64,000 bases of DNA, taken from assembly GCA_044350895.1 (NCBI GenBank), contig JBILGT010000001.1:41874-105873 (forward strand), written 5' to 3'. Source of the DNA: Limisphaerales bacterium (GTDB taxonomy: Bacteria; Patescibacteriota; Microgenomatia; UBA1400; PJMF01). Positions 26,434 through 36,414 of this stretch are shown in pieces. Each line of letters starts with the position of its first letter. Within the stretch, counting starts at the first letter, position 1. The translations under genes and the position numbers were made by a program. Below the pieces are notes generated by a model. That model was not told the DNA's origin and did no database searches. It saw only the letters and a list, made by a program, of their open reading frames with translations.

Positions 26434-28322
26434 TGGCATCACTACAAAAAACTATTAACCATAGAATGTATGTTTTACTTGCCCTCACTGTGATGAGTGG
26501 AACACTATTTTTGTTGCGCCTGATTCATCTGCAAATTATTGAGGGAACAAAATTTGAAAGTATGGTTGATGCCAATCGCTTTTTTACAGTAATTCTTCCC
26601 AAAGAACGAGGTGTACTTCTGGATAGATATGGTGAGCAGCTAGTCTACAACGAACCAATCTACTATAAACTTAAAAATCCTGAGCGACTGTATGGTGAAC
26701 AGGTCTTAATTGATCGCAGCGAAGCATTACAGCTTCTTTCAAATTCTGGCGAACACGTTGGCATGGATACGACTCGTTGGTATCCGTCAGGAGCAGCCAG
26801 TGCTCATATTTTGGGATACACAGGCCCGGTGACAGCTGATGATATTGCAGCAGAACCGCGACTTCGTGCTCGAGATTCAATTGGTAAATTCGGTCTAGAG
26901 CGCAAGTATGATGAAATGCTTTCAGGCACGAGTAGTAAAGAAGTGTATGAAGCTAATGCGTTGGGCAAAAAAACACGCTTGGTGACAACATATCCTGGAA
27001 AAACAGGAACATCGCTTACCACCACACTTGATCCATATCTGACTACGATTGCTGCTCAAGCATTGGGAGAAAAAACTGGTGCGGTAGTGATTGAAGATGC
27101 ACAAACAGGAGGCATCTTGGCGTTGGTCAGTACTCCTAGTTTTGATCCAAATATTTTAAGCAAACGTGAAAGTGACCCAGAAAAAGAAAAGCTGCGCAAA
27201 CAAAAAGTAAGTGAGTTTTTTAGTCACCCCAAACAACTGTTTTTTAATCGAGCCTCTGGTGGAGCATATCCACCGGGATCGGTATTTAAGCTGGTGACAT
27301 CCACTGCCGCTTTAGAAACTGGCAGTGTCGATACAAATACAACAGTTCAGGATGAAGGTGTTTTGAAAGTGGGCGAATACTCATATGCCAACTGGTACTA
27401 CTCGCAGTACGGTAGGGTTGAAGGCAGTATTTCACTGCAGCACGCAATTGCACGGAGTAATGATATTTACTTTTATAAAGCAGCTGAGTGGATTGGTCCA
27501 GAGAAACTTTCAGACTTTGCAAAAATTTTTGGTTTTGGTAAAAAAACTGGCATTGAATTGCCAGGCGAGTCAGCAGGATTTGTACCGTCGCCTTCTTGGA
27601 AAGAAGAGAAGCAAGGTGAAAAGTGGTTTTTGGGTAACACCTATCACTTTGGTATCGGACAAGGTGACTTGCTGGTCACTCCACTGCAAGTTGCGCAGAT
27701 GATTCAAGCGATCGCTAACAGAGGAACACTCTGCCAACCCACGATTCTTGCAATGGACACCAAGCAGTGCAAGGGGCTTGGATTGAATGATGACAATTTG
27801 CGAGTAGTGTTGGCTGGTATGCTTGATGCCTGTAGTACTGGTGGAACTGCTTTTCCATTTTTTGAATGGAATACCAAACATATAAAACCTGATCTCGACT
27901 CATATCAATCTTTGCATGAAGGTGCAATTGCCTGTAAAACCGGAACCGCAGAATTTGGCGTGACAACGGGCGATAACAAAAAGAAAACACATGGCTGGTT
28001 TGTGATGGCTCTCAATACTAAAAGTCTGATTGCAGAAGAACTTGCCGCTGCAGATGCCGCAACACCATCTGGCGAGCTTGCGGTAACTTCAGCATTGCCA
28101 GATTATTTAAATCATCAATCCTGGCTGGAACAGGTGAAAGAAGATGGATTCCCAGAAAATATTGTTCTCTCAGTGCTTGTAGAAAGTGATGAAGTGGGAC
28201 CATACCGTGAAGGAAGTCGTGATGCAGCGCCAATTGCCAAAGCAATTGTGGACTGGATGACTGGTGAAACCTTGAAGCCAGTTGTTCCGCTGGTGCCACC
28301 ACCTAATGTGATTGCTGAATAA
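26433..28322 (+). CDS. mrdA: Penicillin-binding protein 2 (class B)
   Basis: RG..LDR.G, GSVFK (SxxK), SND, KTGTAE; start at a TAATG overlap. Confidence 0.92.
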   Translation: MASLQKTINHRMYVLLALTVMSGTLFLLRLIHLQIIEGTKFESMVDANRFFTVILPKERGVLLDRYGEQLVYNEPIYYKLKNPERLYGEQVLIDRSEALQLLSNSGEHVGMDTTRWYPSGAASAHILGYTGPVTADDIAAEPRLRARDSIGKFGLERKYDEMLSGTSSKEVYEANALGKKTRLVTTYPGKTGTSLTTTLDPYLTTIAAQALGEKTGAVVIEDAQTGGILALVSTPSFDPNILSKRESDPEKEKLRKQKVSEFFSHPKQLFFNRASGGAYPPGSVFKLVTSTAALETGSVDTNTTVQDEGVLKVGEYSYANWYYSQYGRVEGSISLQHAIARSNDIYFYKAAEWIGPEKLSDFAKIFGFGKKTGIELPGESAGFVPSPSWKEEKQGEKWFLGNTYHFGIGQGDLLVTPLQVAQMIQAIANRGTLCQPTILAMDTKQCKGLGLNDDNLRVVLAGMLDACSTGGTAFPFFEWNTKHIKPDLDSYQSLHEGAIACKTGTAEFGVTTGDNKKKTHGWFVMALNTKSLIAEELAAADAATPSGELAVTSALPDYLNHQSWLEQVKEDGFPENIVLSVLVESDEVGPYREGSRDAAPIAKAIVDWMTGETLKPVVPLVPPPNVIAE

Positions 28323-29652
28323 GTTTTTTTCGCTCACCATCCCAAAATGAACCTCGTCTGCACAGTACTCCATCAGCTGTTTCAGGGTGTGCCATCAGTC
28401 GTTCGATCGCAATCTCTAAAAGCAGTGTATTCTGTGAGCCTTTAACAAAGAGCAAGTCATCAGGTTTAAGTGTCGTTTTAAGGTATTCGGCAGCCAGATA
28501 TGCATTCACAAACCACCTGACATCAACATTCTTTTCTTTTAAAATAGGAACTGCATATTTGAGCATATACGGTCCAACCAAAACAACCTCGTCAAAGACT
28601 TTGACCGCTTTTTGAGCAATTAGTTCGTGATCTACTTGCGTGACTGAGCCAAGTTCTCGCATGTCGCCCAGTAGGGCTAGCGTGCGCTTACTGTCTATGT
28701 GGGGAATGAGCTCAAAAAAATCGAGTGTTGGTTTGGCTGATGAGTTATATGAACTGTCTAAAATAGTTGCGCCATTGATAGCGGGAATTAAGCTGGCTCG
28801 CCCAGGTGGTAATTTGTAGTTTTTCTCTAGTAATTTACAACATAAGTAAGGAGAAAGGCCGGCGTAAATTCCCACACAGAGTGCTGCCGCAAATGTGCCT
28901 GCATAGTGATGGGGGACAAGGTATTCATTAAGTGAAAGCGTGACTTTTTCTTCTGCAGTGGAAAAAACAATTTGTGTGCCAGCTTTGTTCCAGTTAACTG
29001 CATCGATTTGGATTGTTGCATCATGTTTTTCACCAAATGTCATTAGTTTGGCTTTGGTGGGTGTGGCATTTTCCATCAAGACTGCGCTGTCAGCATTAAG
29101 AACGGCCAGTCCATTTTTTGGAAGTGACTTGGTGAGCTTGCCTTTTTCAGCAGCAATCAGTTGCACAAGGGAATCACGTCGCTCTGCCAAACTTTTCCCC
29201 ACAACCAGATGATCGAATGGTTCAGAATGCACAGCATCTACGCTCGTAAATACACCAATTTCAGGTTGCAGAATGGTGAGCAAATAAGACATATTCTTGG
29301 GAGGAAGGGGACTATCGATACCCATTTCAACAATATAGAAGTCATATTTTTCCCAGTTAGTGAGGAGCTTGAGCGGTGCTTGTATGGCAAGTTTGAGCCA
29401 GCTCAAAAGCGAAAAATTGCTTGGACTTAATCCTAAGATATTGAGTGGAATGCCTGATTCAGAATTGGCTTTTCGCCCCACCTTTATTTTGAATTTCTCC
29501 TGGAGAATTGCCGCAATTGCTTCCATAGTGCTACTTTTACCTGCACTGCCAGTGATGCCGATGATACGTGGCTGAGTTTTAATGAGCTGGATTTGCGCCA
29601 GCAAGCGAAAGTAGGAGAGGAGCAGTGTGGCAAAGATTGTTTTCATGTACAT
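28303..29652 (-). CDS. murF: UDP-MurNAc-tripeptide D-Ala-D-Ala ligase
   Basis: GITGSAGKSST, VEMG, DSSYNSS, LGDMRELG, VKGSQ. Confidence 0.88.
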   Translation of the reverse strand: MYMKTIFATLLLSYFRLLAQIQLIKTQPRIIGITGSAGKSSTMEAIAAILQEKFKIKVGRKANSESGIPLNILGLSPSNFSLLSWLKLAIQAPLKLLTNWEKYDFYIVEMGIDSPLPPKNMSYLLTILQPEIGVFTSVDAVHSEPFDHLVVGKSLAERRDSLVQLIAAEKGKLTKSLPKNGLAVLNADSAVLMENATPTKAKLMTFGEKHDATIQIDAVNWNKAGTQIVFSTAEEKVTLSLNEYLVPHHYAGTFAAALCVGIYAGLSPYLCCKLLEKNYKLPPGRASLIPAINGATILDSSYNSSAKPTLDFFELIPHIDSKRTLALLGDMRELGSVTQVDHELIAQKAVKVFDEVVLVGPYMLKYAVPILKEKNVDVRWFVNAYLAAEYLKTTLKPDDLLFVKGSQNTLLLEIAIERLMAHPETADGVLCRRGSFWDGERKKLIQQSH

Positions 29653-29661
29653 GTATTAGAT

Positions 29662-29928
29662 TTACTTACCGTCTTTTGATTTGGGCCGTAAAATATTATT
29701 GACGGCACTCATCAGATCAAATTTCGCTTGTGTATGGATTTCTGGAGTGTAGTTTGGGGTTCCAAATTTTTCCTGATAGTATTGTTCCACTGCAGCTTTT
29801 GTCTCTGCAGTAGTAGCTACATCTTTTCCCAGCTTCTCAAGTTCAGCTGGAGATAATTTGTCCAGGTCTTCCTTTGAAAATGCAAATTTTTTTCCTTCGC
29901 CTGGTTTTTCTACCATGAGTACTTTCAC
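29662..29928 (-). CDS. Hypothetical protein
   Basis: 88-aa charged ORF upstream of murF; start uncertain (GTG 29928 or ATG 29916). Confidence 0.55.
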   Translation of the reverse strand: MKVLMVEKPGEGKKFAFSKEDLDKLSPAELEKLGKDVATTAETKAAVEQYYQEKFGTPNYTPEIHTQAKFDLMSAVNNILRPKSKDGK

Positions 29929-29983
29929 ATACTGGTGCCTTCATTCTACGTTTTATGCAAGGTATGTACTGTAATCTTACCGC

Positions 29984-31093
29984 ATGGATACTCTGGAAAG
30001 CAAATCTTTAGCAGCATTAGTGAGCATAGAAGGCATTGGACAGCGAACAGTGGCAAGTCTTTGCACTGACCTCCACGCTCAAAATATTTCGTGGGAAGAG
30101 TTTTGGGAGTCAGGCGCAACATTATGGAAAAATTATGCAATTTTGGAAAATAAGATAGATAGCATAGAAAAATTTATAAAAGAACAAACAATGGAGACAT
30201 ATTATGAAAAACTAAAAACCCGAAACATTCGGGTAATTACAAAAGACTCATCTGAGTATCCACCACTGCTCAAGGAAGTGGAAAATGGACCAGTAGTGCT
30301 GTTCGCGCAGGGCTCACCAATGGAGTGGACAGCGAGTGTCCCAATCGCAGTAGTTGGCACACGGCATATGACCGCCTATGGCAAACTTGTCACTGAGAAA
30401 ATTGCTCGAGAATTGGTATGTGCTGGCGCCCAGATTATTTCTGGATTTATGTATGGAGTGGATACCTGTGCACACCTTACGGCATTAGAGAATCAAGGAA
30501 AAACTGTTGGAGTACTGGGATTCGGTTTTGACTATATGTATCCTTCCAGTCACAAAAAAGTTTTTAGACAATGTCTCGAGAATGGAATGAGCTTTGTTAC
30601 GCCATTTGCGCCAGCAGTGCAACCAAATAAAGGAAATTTTCCTGCCCGGAATGCCATCGTTGCTGGCATGAGTGCTGCTGTTGTAGTGACAGAGGCAGCA
30701 GAAAAAAGTGGCACACATATCACAGCTGGTTTTGCCGCAGATTTTGGAAGAACTGTCTGTGCGGTGCCCGGGCCCATTACCAGTCCGTATAGTGCGGGGA
30801 CAAAGTCATTAGTTAACCAAGGCGCAGTGTTGGTGAGTTCAGGAAGTGAAGTTTTGGAAAGTTTGGGTTTGAGCCATAGTAAAACGTTTGGTTTGTCTAC
30901 AACCGCTGTCCAGAGCTTTTCAGAAAAGGAAACTCTGATTATTAAAATCTTACGTTCGTCTGGTGGCCAGTCGCTCAATAATCTCCTGGTAATAACTAAA
31001 TTACCACCGGCTGAATTACTGACAGTTATTACAGAACTTGAACTGAAACAGCAGATTGCCAGAGAAGGCGATACATGGATGATTTGCTCGTAA
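29984..31093 (+). CDS. dprA: DNA processing protein DprA
   Basis: YPPLLKE, AVVGTR, ISGFMYGVD, FPARNAIVAG, EAAEKSG..ITA, VPGPI. Confidence 0.95.
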   Translation: MDTLESKSLAALVSIEGIGQRTVASLCTDLHAQNISWEEFWESGATLWKNYAILENKIDSIEKFIKEQTMETYYEKLKTRNIRVITKDSSEYPPLLKEVENGPVVLFAQGSPMEWTASVPIAVVGTRHMTAYGKLVTEKIARELVCAGAQIISGFMYGVDTCAHLTALENQGKTVGVLGFGFDYMYPSSHKKVFRQCLENGMSFVTPFAPAVQPNKGNFPARNAIVAGMSAAVVVTEAAEKSGTHITAGFAADFGRTVCAVPGPITSPYSAGTKSLVNQGAVLVSSGSEVLESLGLSHSKTFGLSTTAVQSFSEKETLIIKILRSSGGQSLNNLLVITKLPPAELLTVITELELKQQIAREGDTWMICS

Positions 31094-31159
31094 CAATAGA
31101 AAATATGGTAGACTGCCCACTATTCTTACTAACAAATTCGTGTGGTATCATCTTGCAAT

Positions 31160-33358
31160 ATGAACTTAGTAATCGTGGAATCACCAACAAAAGCCCGAAA
31201 GTTGCGCAGTTATCTCAGTAGTGACTACGTGATTGAGGCGTCTGTGGGACACATCAGAGACTTGCCAAAAGGTAAGATGGGTGTCGATGTGGAGCACAAT
31301 TTTGAGCCCACCTACGAAATCAGTGAAGACAAGAAAAAAGTAATTACTTTGCTCAAGAAGTCAGCCAAAACTGCCGATATTATTTATCTCGCAACTGACC
31401 CTGACCGTGAAGGTGAAGCTATTGCGTGGCATCTTTCTCAATCACTGGGTGATATCAAGAAAGATAAGTTCAAACGTGCCACATTCCATGAAATTACCAA
31501 AGGTGCTGTTTTGGATGCAATCAATAACCCGAGTCAACTGAAAATGGATCTGGTTGATGCACAACAAGCACGCCGGGTGGTAGATCGGTTAGTGGGATAT
31601 GAAGTTTCTCCAGTTTTGTGGAAGAAAATCCGTCGTGGCTTATCTGCAGGAAGAGTGCAATCTGTGGCACTTCGCTTGATTGTCGAGCGCGAACGCGAAA
31701 TTGCTGCTTTTATTCCAGAAGAGTACTGGGAAGTTGATGTTGCACTTTCAAAAGCTGGTAATTCAGGTGCTGGGGACGCTCAAATTTTTATAGAAGGCAA
31801 ACCAGTCGAGAACTTACCCGACGGTGTATTTGTGGCGCGTGTCATTGAAATCAACAAGAAAAAATACGAGCCAAAGCTAGAATCTGACGTTGCTCCAATA
31901 GTTGCAGAGCTTGATTCTGCTCAATACAAAATTGACTCAGTTGAGCGAAAAGAGCGGACAAGAAGCAGTTTGCCTCCATTTACAACCTCAACTCTCCAAC
32001 AAGCTGCAGCCAACCGTCTGGGCATGAGTAGTAAACAAACCATGCGCCTGGCCCAAGATATGTACGAAGAAGGGTTGATTACCTACCACCGTACTGACGC
32101 TGTTAATTTATCCACCCAAGCAATTGGTATGGCACGCAGTTATATCGAGAAAACATTTGGAAAAGAGTACTTACCAGCTCAACCACGCGCATTTGCCAAT
32201 AAATCAAAAAACGCCCAAGAAGCTCACGAAGCAATTCGTGTCACTGATGTCTATGTCTCAGCAAATAAAGTAGGAACACTGGGTGGAAAAATGTCTGAGC
32301 GTCATGCCAAACTCTATGATTTGATCTGGCGTCGTTTCTTGGCAAGTCAATTACCATCTGCAGTCTATGACCAAACAACAATCACTGTTGAAGCCAAAAT
32401 GACTACTGATGTGGCTACTTTGCGAAGTAGTGGCTCAATTTTGAAATTTGATGGTTGGCTCAAGCTCTTCCCAGACAGAGAAGACACCATTTTGCCATCA
32501 CTCGAAAAGGGAGAAGTTGTTGATTTTAGAGAAAAAAATGCAGCACAAAAATTTACACAGCCACCTCCAAGATACAACGATGCATCACTGGTCAAGCAAC
32601 TCGAGCAACAAGGTATTGGTCGTCCGAGTACCTACGCCAGTATTATCTCTGTGATAGAAGATCGCGGATATGTCGAGCGGGACGCCAAGCGTTTTGTAGC
32701 ATCAGCAATTGGTATGACAGTCAGTGACTTCTTACTCCAACACTTCCCGGTATTTATGGAGTATCAATTCACTGCCGAAATGGAAGAGGACTTAGACAGA
32801 ATTTCTCGAGGAGAGAAGAACTGGGTCAAAGTTGTTGCCGATTTTTATAAACCATTCCACGAAAAAATTGCCGCCGCAGGTGATGCTGATCGAGCTCAGG
32901 TTCCAGTAGAAAAAACAGGCGAAAAATGTCCGAAGTGTGGTGATTTACCAGAAGGTGGCGGAGAAATAGTCATTAGATCTGGCCGATACGGCAAGTTTAA
33001 GAGCTGTAGTCGTTTCCCTGAGTGTGACTTTACTGAAAATATTGTCGACAAAGTAGAAGGTGTGGTTTGTCCGTTGTGCCAAACAGGTGAAGTGATCGCA
33101 CGAAAATCTCGTTGGGGCAAGGAATTCTTTGGCTGTGCAAGATATCCAGAATGTGACTGGGCTAGTTGGAAGAAGCCAGAGGTAGGTATGGTGGTAACCG
33201 CGGAAGAATGGAAGGCACAACAGGCTATCAGAAAAGAAAAAGCTGCGAAGCGTGCCAAGGTCATGGAGATGGAAAAAGAAAAAATGGCAAAAGTTGCACC
33301 GAAAAAAACAGCGAAAAAAGCTGGTGGACGAGCTAAAAAAACTTCTAAGAAATCGTAG
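31160..33358 (+). CDS. topA: DNA topoisomerase I with two Zn ribbons and a Lys-rich tail
   Basis: LVIVESPTKA, ATDPDREGE, SAGRVQS, ITYHRTD, AHEAIR, GIGRPSTY. Confidence 0.98.
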   Translation: MNLVIVESPTKARKLRSYLSSDYVIEASVGHIRDLPKGKMGVDVEHNFEPTYEISEDKKKVITLLKKSAKTADIIYLATDPDREGEAIAWHLSQSLGDIKKDKFKRATFHEITKGAVLDAINNPSQLKMDLVDAQQARRVVDRLVGYEVSPVLWKKIRRGLSAGRVQSVALRLIVEREREIAAFIPEEYWEVDVALSKAGNSGAGDAQIFIEGKPVENLPDGVFVARVIEINKKKYEPKLESDVAPIVAELDSAQYKIDSVERKERTRSSLPPFTTSTLQQAAANRLGMSSKQTMRLAQDMYEEGLITYHRTDAVNLSTQAIGMARSYIEKTFGKEYLPAQPRAFANKSKNAQEAHEAIRVTDVYVSANKVGTLGGKMSERHAKLYDLIWRRFLASQLPSAVYDQTTITVEAKMTTDVATLRSSGSILKFDGWLKLFPDREDTILPSLEKGEVVDFREKNAAQKFTQPPPRYNDASLVKQLEQQGIGRPSTYASIISVIEDRGYVERDAKRFVASAIGMTVSDFLLQHFPVFMEYQFTAEMEEDLDRISRGEKNWVKVVADFYKPFHEKIAAAGDADRAQVPVEKTGEKCPKCGDLPEGGGEIVIRSGRYGKFKSCSRFPECDFTENIVDKVEGVVCPLCQTGEVIARKSRWGKEFFGCARYPECDWASWKKPEVGMVVTAEEWKAQQAIRKEKAAKRAKVMEMEKEKMAKVAPKKTAKKAGGRAKKTSKKS

Positions 33359-33421
33359 CATAATCACTATATTCCACAAGGCAGTTGAAGCAACCAAAAA
33401 AATATAATATGCTGCATCCTC

Positions 33422-33982
33422 ATGCAAATCACACTTTTTGGTGGCACCTTTGATCCTCCACATCTTGGACATAGTAGTATTGCAGCGGCTCTGCTCAAGA
33501 AGGGGCTTGCTGACGAAGTTTGGTTTGTGCCAGTTGGTGAACATGCATTTGAAAAAAAATTCTCTCCTGCACAGCATCGTCTAGCCATGTTGGAGTTAAT
33601 TTTGGAGCCACAGCAAAAAATAGAACAGTATGAACTTGAACAGTCAGGTATGAGTATTACCTATGAAACGCTTAAGGCACTTTCCAAAAAATATCCAGAG
33701 CACACTTTTTCGTTCGTGATTGGGTCAGATAATTTGGCTCGGTTTCATGAGTGGCATGATTTTACAGAAATGCTTGCTGAGTTCAAATTTTTTGTCTATC
33801 CGCGCGAAGGCTTTGCTTTGGAACCACTATATCAAGGCATGCAGGTGATTGAAGGGGTAGAACCAGTTAATATTTCTTCAACTGAAGTGCGGAAACGTAT
33901 TCAAACAATGGGATCAATTACTGAACTGGTGAAACCCGCAGTTGCGCAGTATATTCAAGCGCAGCAGCTGTATGTACTATAA
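33422..33982 (+). CDS. nadD: Nicotinate-nucleotide adenylyltransferase
   Basis: FGGTFDPPHLGH, IGSDN, ISSTEVR. Confidence 0.95.
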   Translation: MQITLFGGTFDPPHLGHSSIAAALLKKGLADEVWFVPVGEHAFEKKFSPAQHRLAMLELILEPQQKIEQYELEQSGMSITYETLKALSKKYPEHTFSFVIGSDNLARFHEWHDFTEMLAEFKFFVYPREGFALEPLYQGMQVIEGVEPVNISSTEVRKRIQTMGSITELVKPAVAQYIQAQQLYVL

Positions 33983-34114
33983 AAATATAGCTCTTTAGGA
34001 TACGGCAGGCTCGAATTCCTGCCTTGCTCGTTTCGCTATACAAGATCTATTGTAGAATTCAGTATGCAGTGACGCTCATCCGACAATCCTGCAGAACTAT
34101 ATTTTTACAGTACA
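33973..34114. repeat. 142-bp element with 29-bp imperfect terminal inverted repeats (MITE-like or structured RNA)
   Basis: Left arm TGTACTATAAAAATATAGCTCTTTAGGAT versus reverse complement of right arm TGTACTGTAAAAATATAGTTCTGCAGGAT (25/29). Inner hairpins GGCAGG/CCTGCC and TACAA/TTGTA. Confidence 0.75.
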
Positions 34115-34127
34115 AACCAACATATTT

Positions 34128-34949
34128 ATGAAACTAGAATATCCAGACAAAGTAATTACAGAAATTGTACAATTTTTGCAGAAAAAATTTGAACAAACAG
34201 GCAAAAAAAATGGTGTAATCGCAGTTTCTGGTGGAATTGATTCAGCACTTTCTACGACACTTTTGGTCAAAGCGCTGGGGGCACAACACGTGTACCCAAT
34301 TATGCTTCCCTACAAAAATCAAAGTACTGTCGATTCTGAATTAATTTGTACCTGGAATAAAATCCCACGTAAAAATTGGCGAGTTGTGAATATTGAAGGC
34401 TTTGTAATGGCTGCCGAGAAAGTTTTGCCTGGTGTAGAAAAAGATAAAATGCGCCTGGGCAACTTGATGGCGCGTTCACGCATGCTCGTGGTATTTGACC
34501 GTGCCAAAGAATTTGATGCACTGGTATGCGGCACAGAAAATAAATCTGAAAAATACTTAGGCTACTTCACTCGATTCGGTGACGAAGCCAGTGATCTGGA
34601 GCCGATCATCAGCCTCTACAAAACACAGGTGCGTCAGCTCGTTGAATTGCTTGAAATGCCCAAGGCATTTTTGGAAAAAGCGCCCAGTGCCGAACTTTGG
34701 GAAGAGCAAACTGATGAAACAGAACTAGGATTTTCGTATGCAGAGGCAGATGCCGTTTTTCAAATATTAATTGAAAAACAAATGGGCAAGCTGTATGTGC
34801 AGCTGATAGAAGGTGACCGAACAGCAGCGGTTGCCAAAGAGATTCATGAACAACTTCCTGATATTGCACTCAAGCAAATCACTGCTATTTTGCAGCAGGT
34901 ACAGCGGCAACAATTCAAGCACGAAGTACCCTATACATTTGATATGTAG
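34128..34949 (+). CDS. nadE: NH3-dependent NAD+ synthetase
   Basis: VSGGIDS, GNLMARSRM, GTENKSE..LGYFTRFGD, KAPSAELW..QTDE. Confidence 0.96.
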   Translation: MKLEYPDKVITEIVQFLQKKFEQTGKKNGVIAVSGGIDSALSTTLLVKALGAQHVYPIMLPYKNQSTVDSELICTWNKIPRKNWRVVNIEGFVMAAEKVLPGVEKDKMRLGNLMARSRMLVVFDRAKEFDALVCGTENKSEKYLGYFTRFGDEASDLEPIISLYKTQVRQLVELLEMPKAFLEKAPSAELWEEQTDETELGFSYAEADAVFQILIEKQMGKLYVQLIEGDRTAAVAKEIHEQLPDIALKQITAILQQVQRQQFKHEVPYTFDM

Positions 34950-35010
34950 GCTTTTTCTCGTTGTCAGTAACGCAAAAAATTGGTATAACATTTTCGCGAA
35001 AGGTAGTTAT

Positions 35011-35442
35011 ATGGGACGAAGTCTAACAGTAGAACAAGGTGGAATGAATGGAGCAGAAGTGGATGATTCACAGCTCTCTTTAGGGGGTGCACAAGCACAC
35101 TTATTGCTTGAGTTTTTCCATGATAAAGAAGCTGAAGTTAGTGGCATGGATAAAGTTGCAGAACGTTTGAGAAGAGCTGCATTTGAGACTCTTTTTACCG
35201 CATTCACCAATGAAACACTCTCTGCATATTTGAGACAAGAACTCAAAGGCGTTGTAGATATAACTACACCAGTTATTACCATACCATCACGACCCACTTT
35301 TTCGCCTGAGGCGCAGGTTGTTGAAGTGACTCTTGGAAATCGTATGGCGCAAGAACAAGCATTTACAGTTTGTTTTGTGCAGATTGATGCATTTAGTTGT
35401 GTCTATGTCTTTCCATGGGCAGGACCTGCTGATAACTCTTAA
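35011..35442 (+). CDS. Hypothetical protein
   Basis: ATG 35011 after AAAGG; 143 aa. Confidence 0.6.
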   Translation: MGRSLTVEQGGMNGAEVDDSQLSLGGAQAHLLLEFFHDKEAEVSGMDKVAERLRRAAFETLFTAFTNETLSAYLRQELKGVVDITTPVITIPSRPTFSPEAQVVEVTLGNRMAQEQAFTVCFVQIDAFSCVYVFPWAGPADNS

Positions 35443-35478
35443 TTGCTTTTCGAACCACCACTTGCTATAACTTTTTAC

Positions 35479-36390
35479 ATGAAGCCATACTCAGAACGTA
35501 CTCCCGACGAACAGTACAAGGATATCTTGCGAAAAATCGTGGAAGAAGGTGTTCGTGTTCCTTCTCAACAAGGTACTGATGCACTGATGTATATGGCACC
35601 GGGCTCAATGCATTTTAAACTTGAAAATGGTTTCCCAATGCTCACTGAGCGCAATCTTGCCCCAAAAGAAAATGAACGCTTGAAGGTGACAATTTGGCGC
35701 CAGGCAGTAGCGGAAATTATTGGATTCATCAATGGTGCTCGGACTCTCAAACAACTAGAGGAATTTGGGTGCTATTGGTGGGAACCATGGGGCACTGAAG
35801 CCAAGTGCAAGAAGCGCGGACTTGAAACAGGAGACTTAGGCCCAGGTTCATATGGTGCAGCATTCCATGATTTTCCAACTAGTGAAGGTGAGTCATTTAA
35901 TCAATTTAAAACGATTGTGGAACAGATCAAACAAGAGCCACAATTGAGAACACACTTTGTAACGCCATGGATTCCACAGTACACCGCACGAGTAGAAGGA
36001 CGTACTCAAAAAGTGGTAGTTTGCCCGTGTCATGGGTGGATTCACCTTCGCGTTGTGGATAATAAATTGACGCTGCATATGATGCAACGTTCTGGAGATG
36101 TACCTGTGGGCGTACCTGCAAACATGGTGCAGTATTCAGCACTTTTGATGATGATTGCACAAGCCACAGGTCTTGAAGCTTACGAGTATATTCACACAAT
36201 TTCTGATGCGCATATTTATGTTGATCAACTTGATGCAGTCAAACTAATACTAGAACGTGAATCTCGACCATTCCCAACAATGACTTTGAAAACCAAAAAT
36301 ACAGATCTTTTTAAATTCCGTCACACTGATTTTGAACTCAGTGACTATAATCCACACCCTGGAATCAAAAATATCCCAGTGGCGATTTAA
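35479..36390 (+). CDS. thyA: Thymidylate synthase
   Basis: GDLGPGSYG, VCPCH, QRSGD..GVPAN..Y, DAHIY, YNPHP.IK.PVAI. Confidence 0.95.
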   Translation: MKPYSERTPDEQYKDILRKIVEEGVRVPSQQGTDALMYMAPGSMHFKLENGFPMLTERNLAPKENERLKVTIWRQAVAEIIGFINGARTLKQLEEFGCYWWEPWGTEAKCKKRGLETGDLGPGSYGAAFHDFPTSEGESFNQFKTIVEQIKQEPQLRTHFVTPWIPQYTARVEGRTQKVVVCPCHGWIHLRVVDNKLTLHMMQRSGDVPVGVPANMVQYSALLMMIAQATGLEAYEYIHTISDAHIYVDQLDAVKLILERESRPFPTMTLKTKNTDLFKFRHTDFELSDYNPHPGIKNIPVAI

Positions 36391-36414
36391 AGTTTCTCTA
36401 GATATGATGATTGA

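Noticed and set aside
32945-33577. 210-aa minus-strand ORF and similar antisense ORFs (57877-58449, 15947-16528, 61803-62303)
   Set aside because: Shadow or alternate frames of well-supported genes, with unnatural composition.
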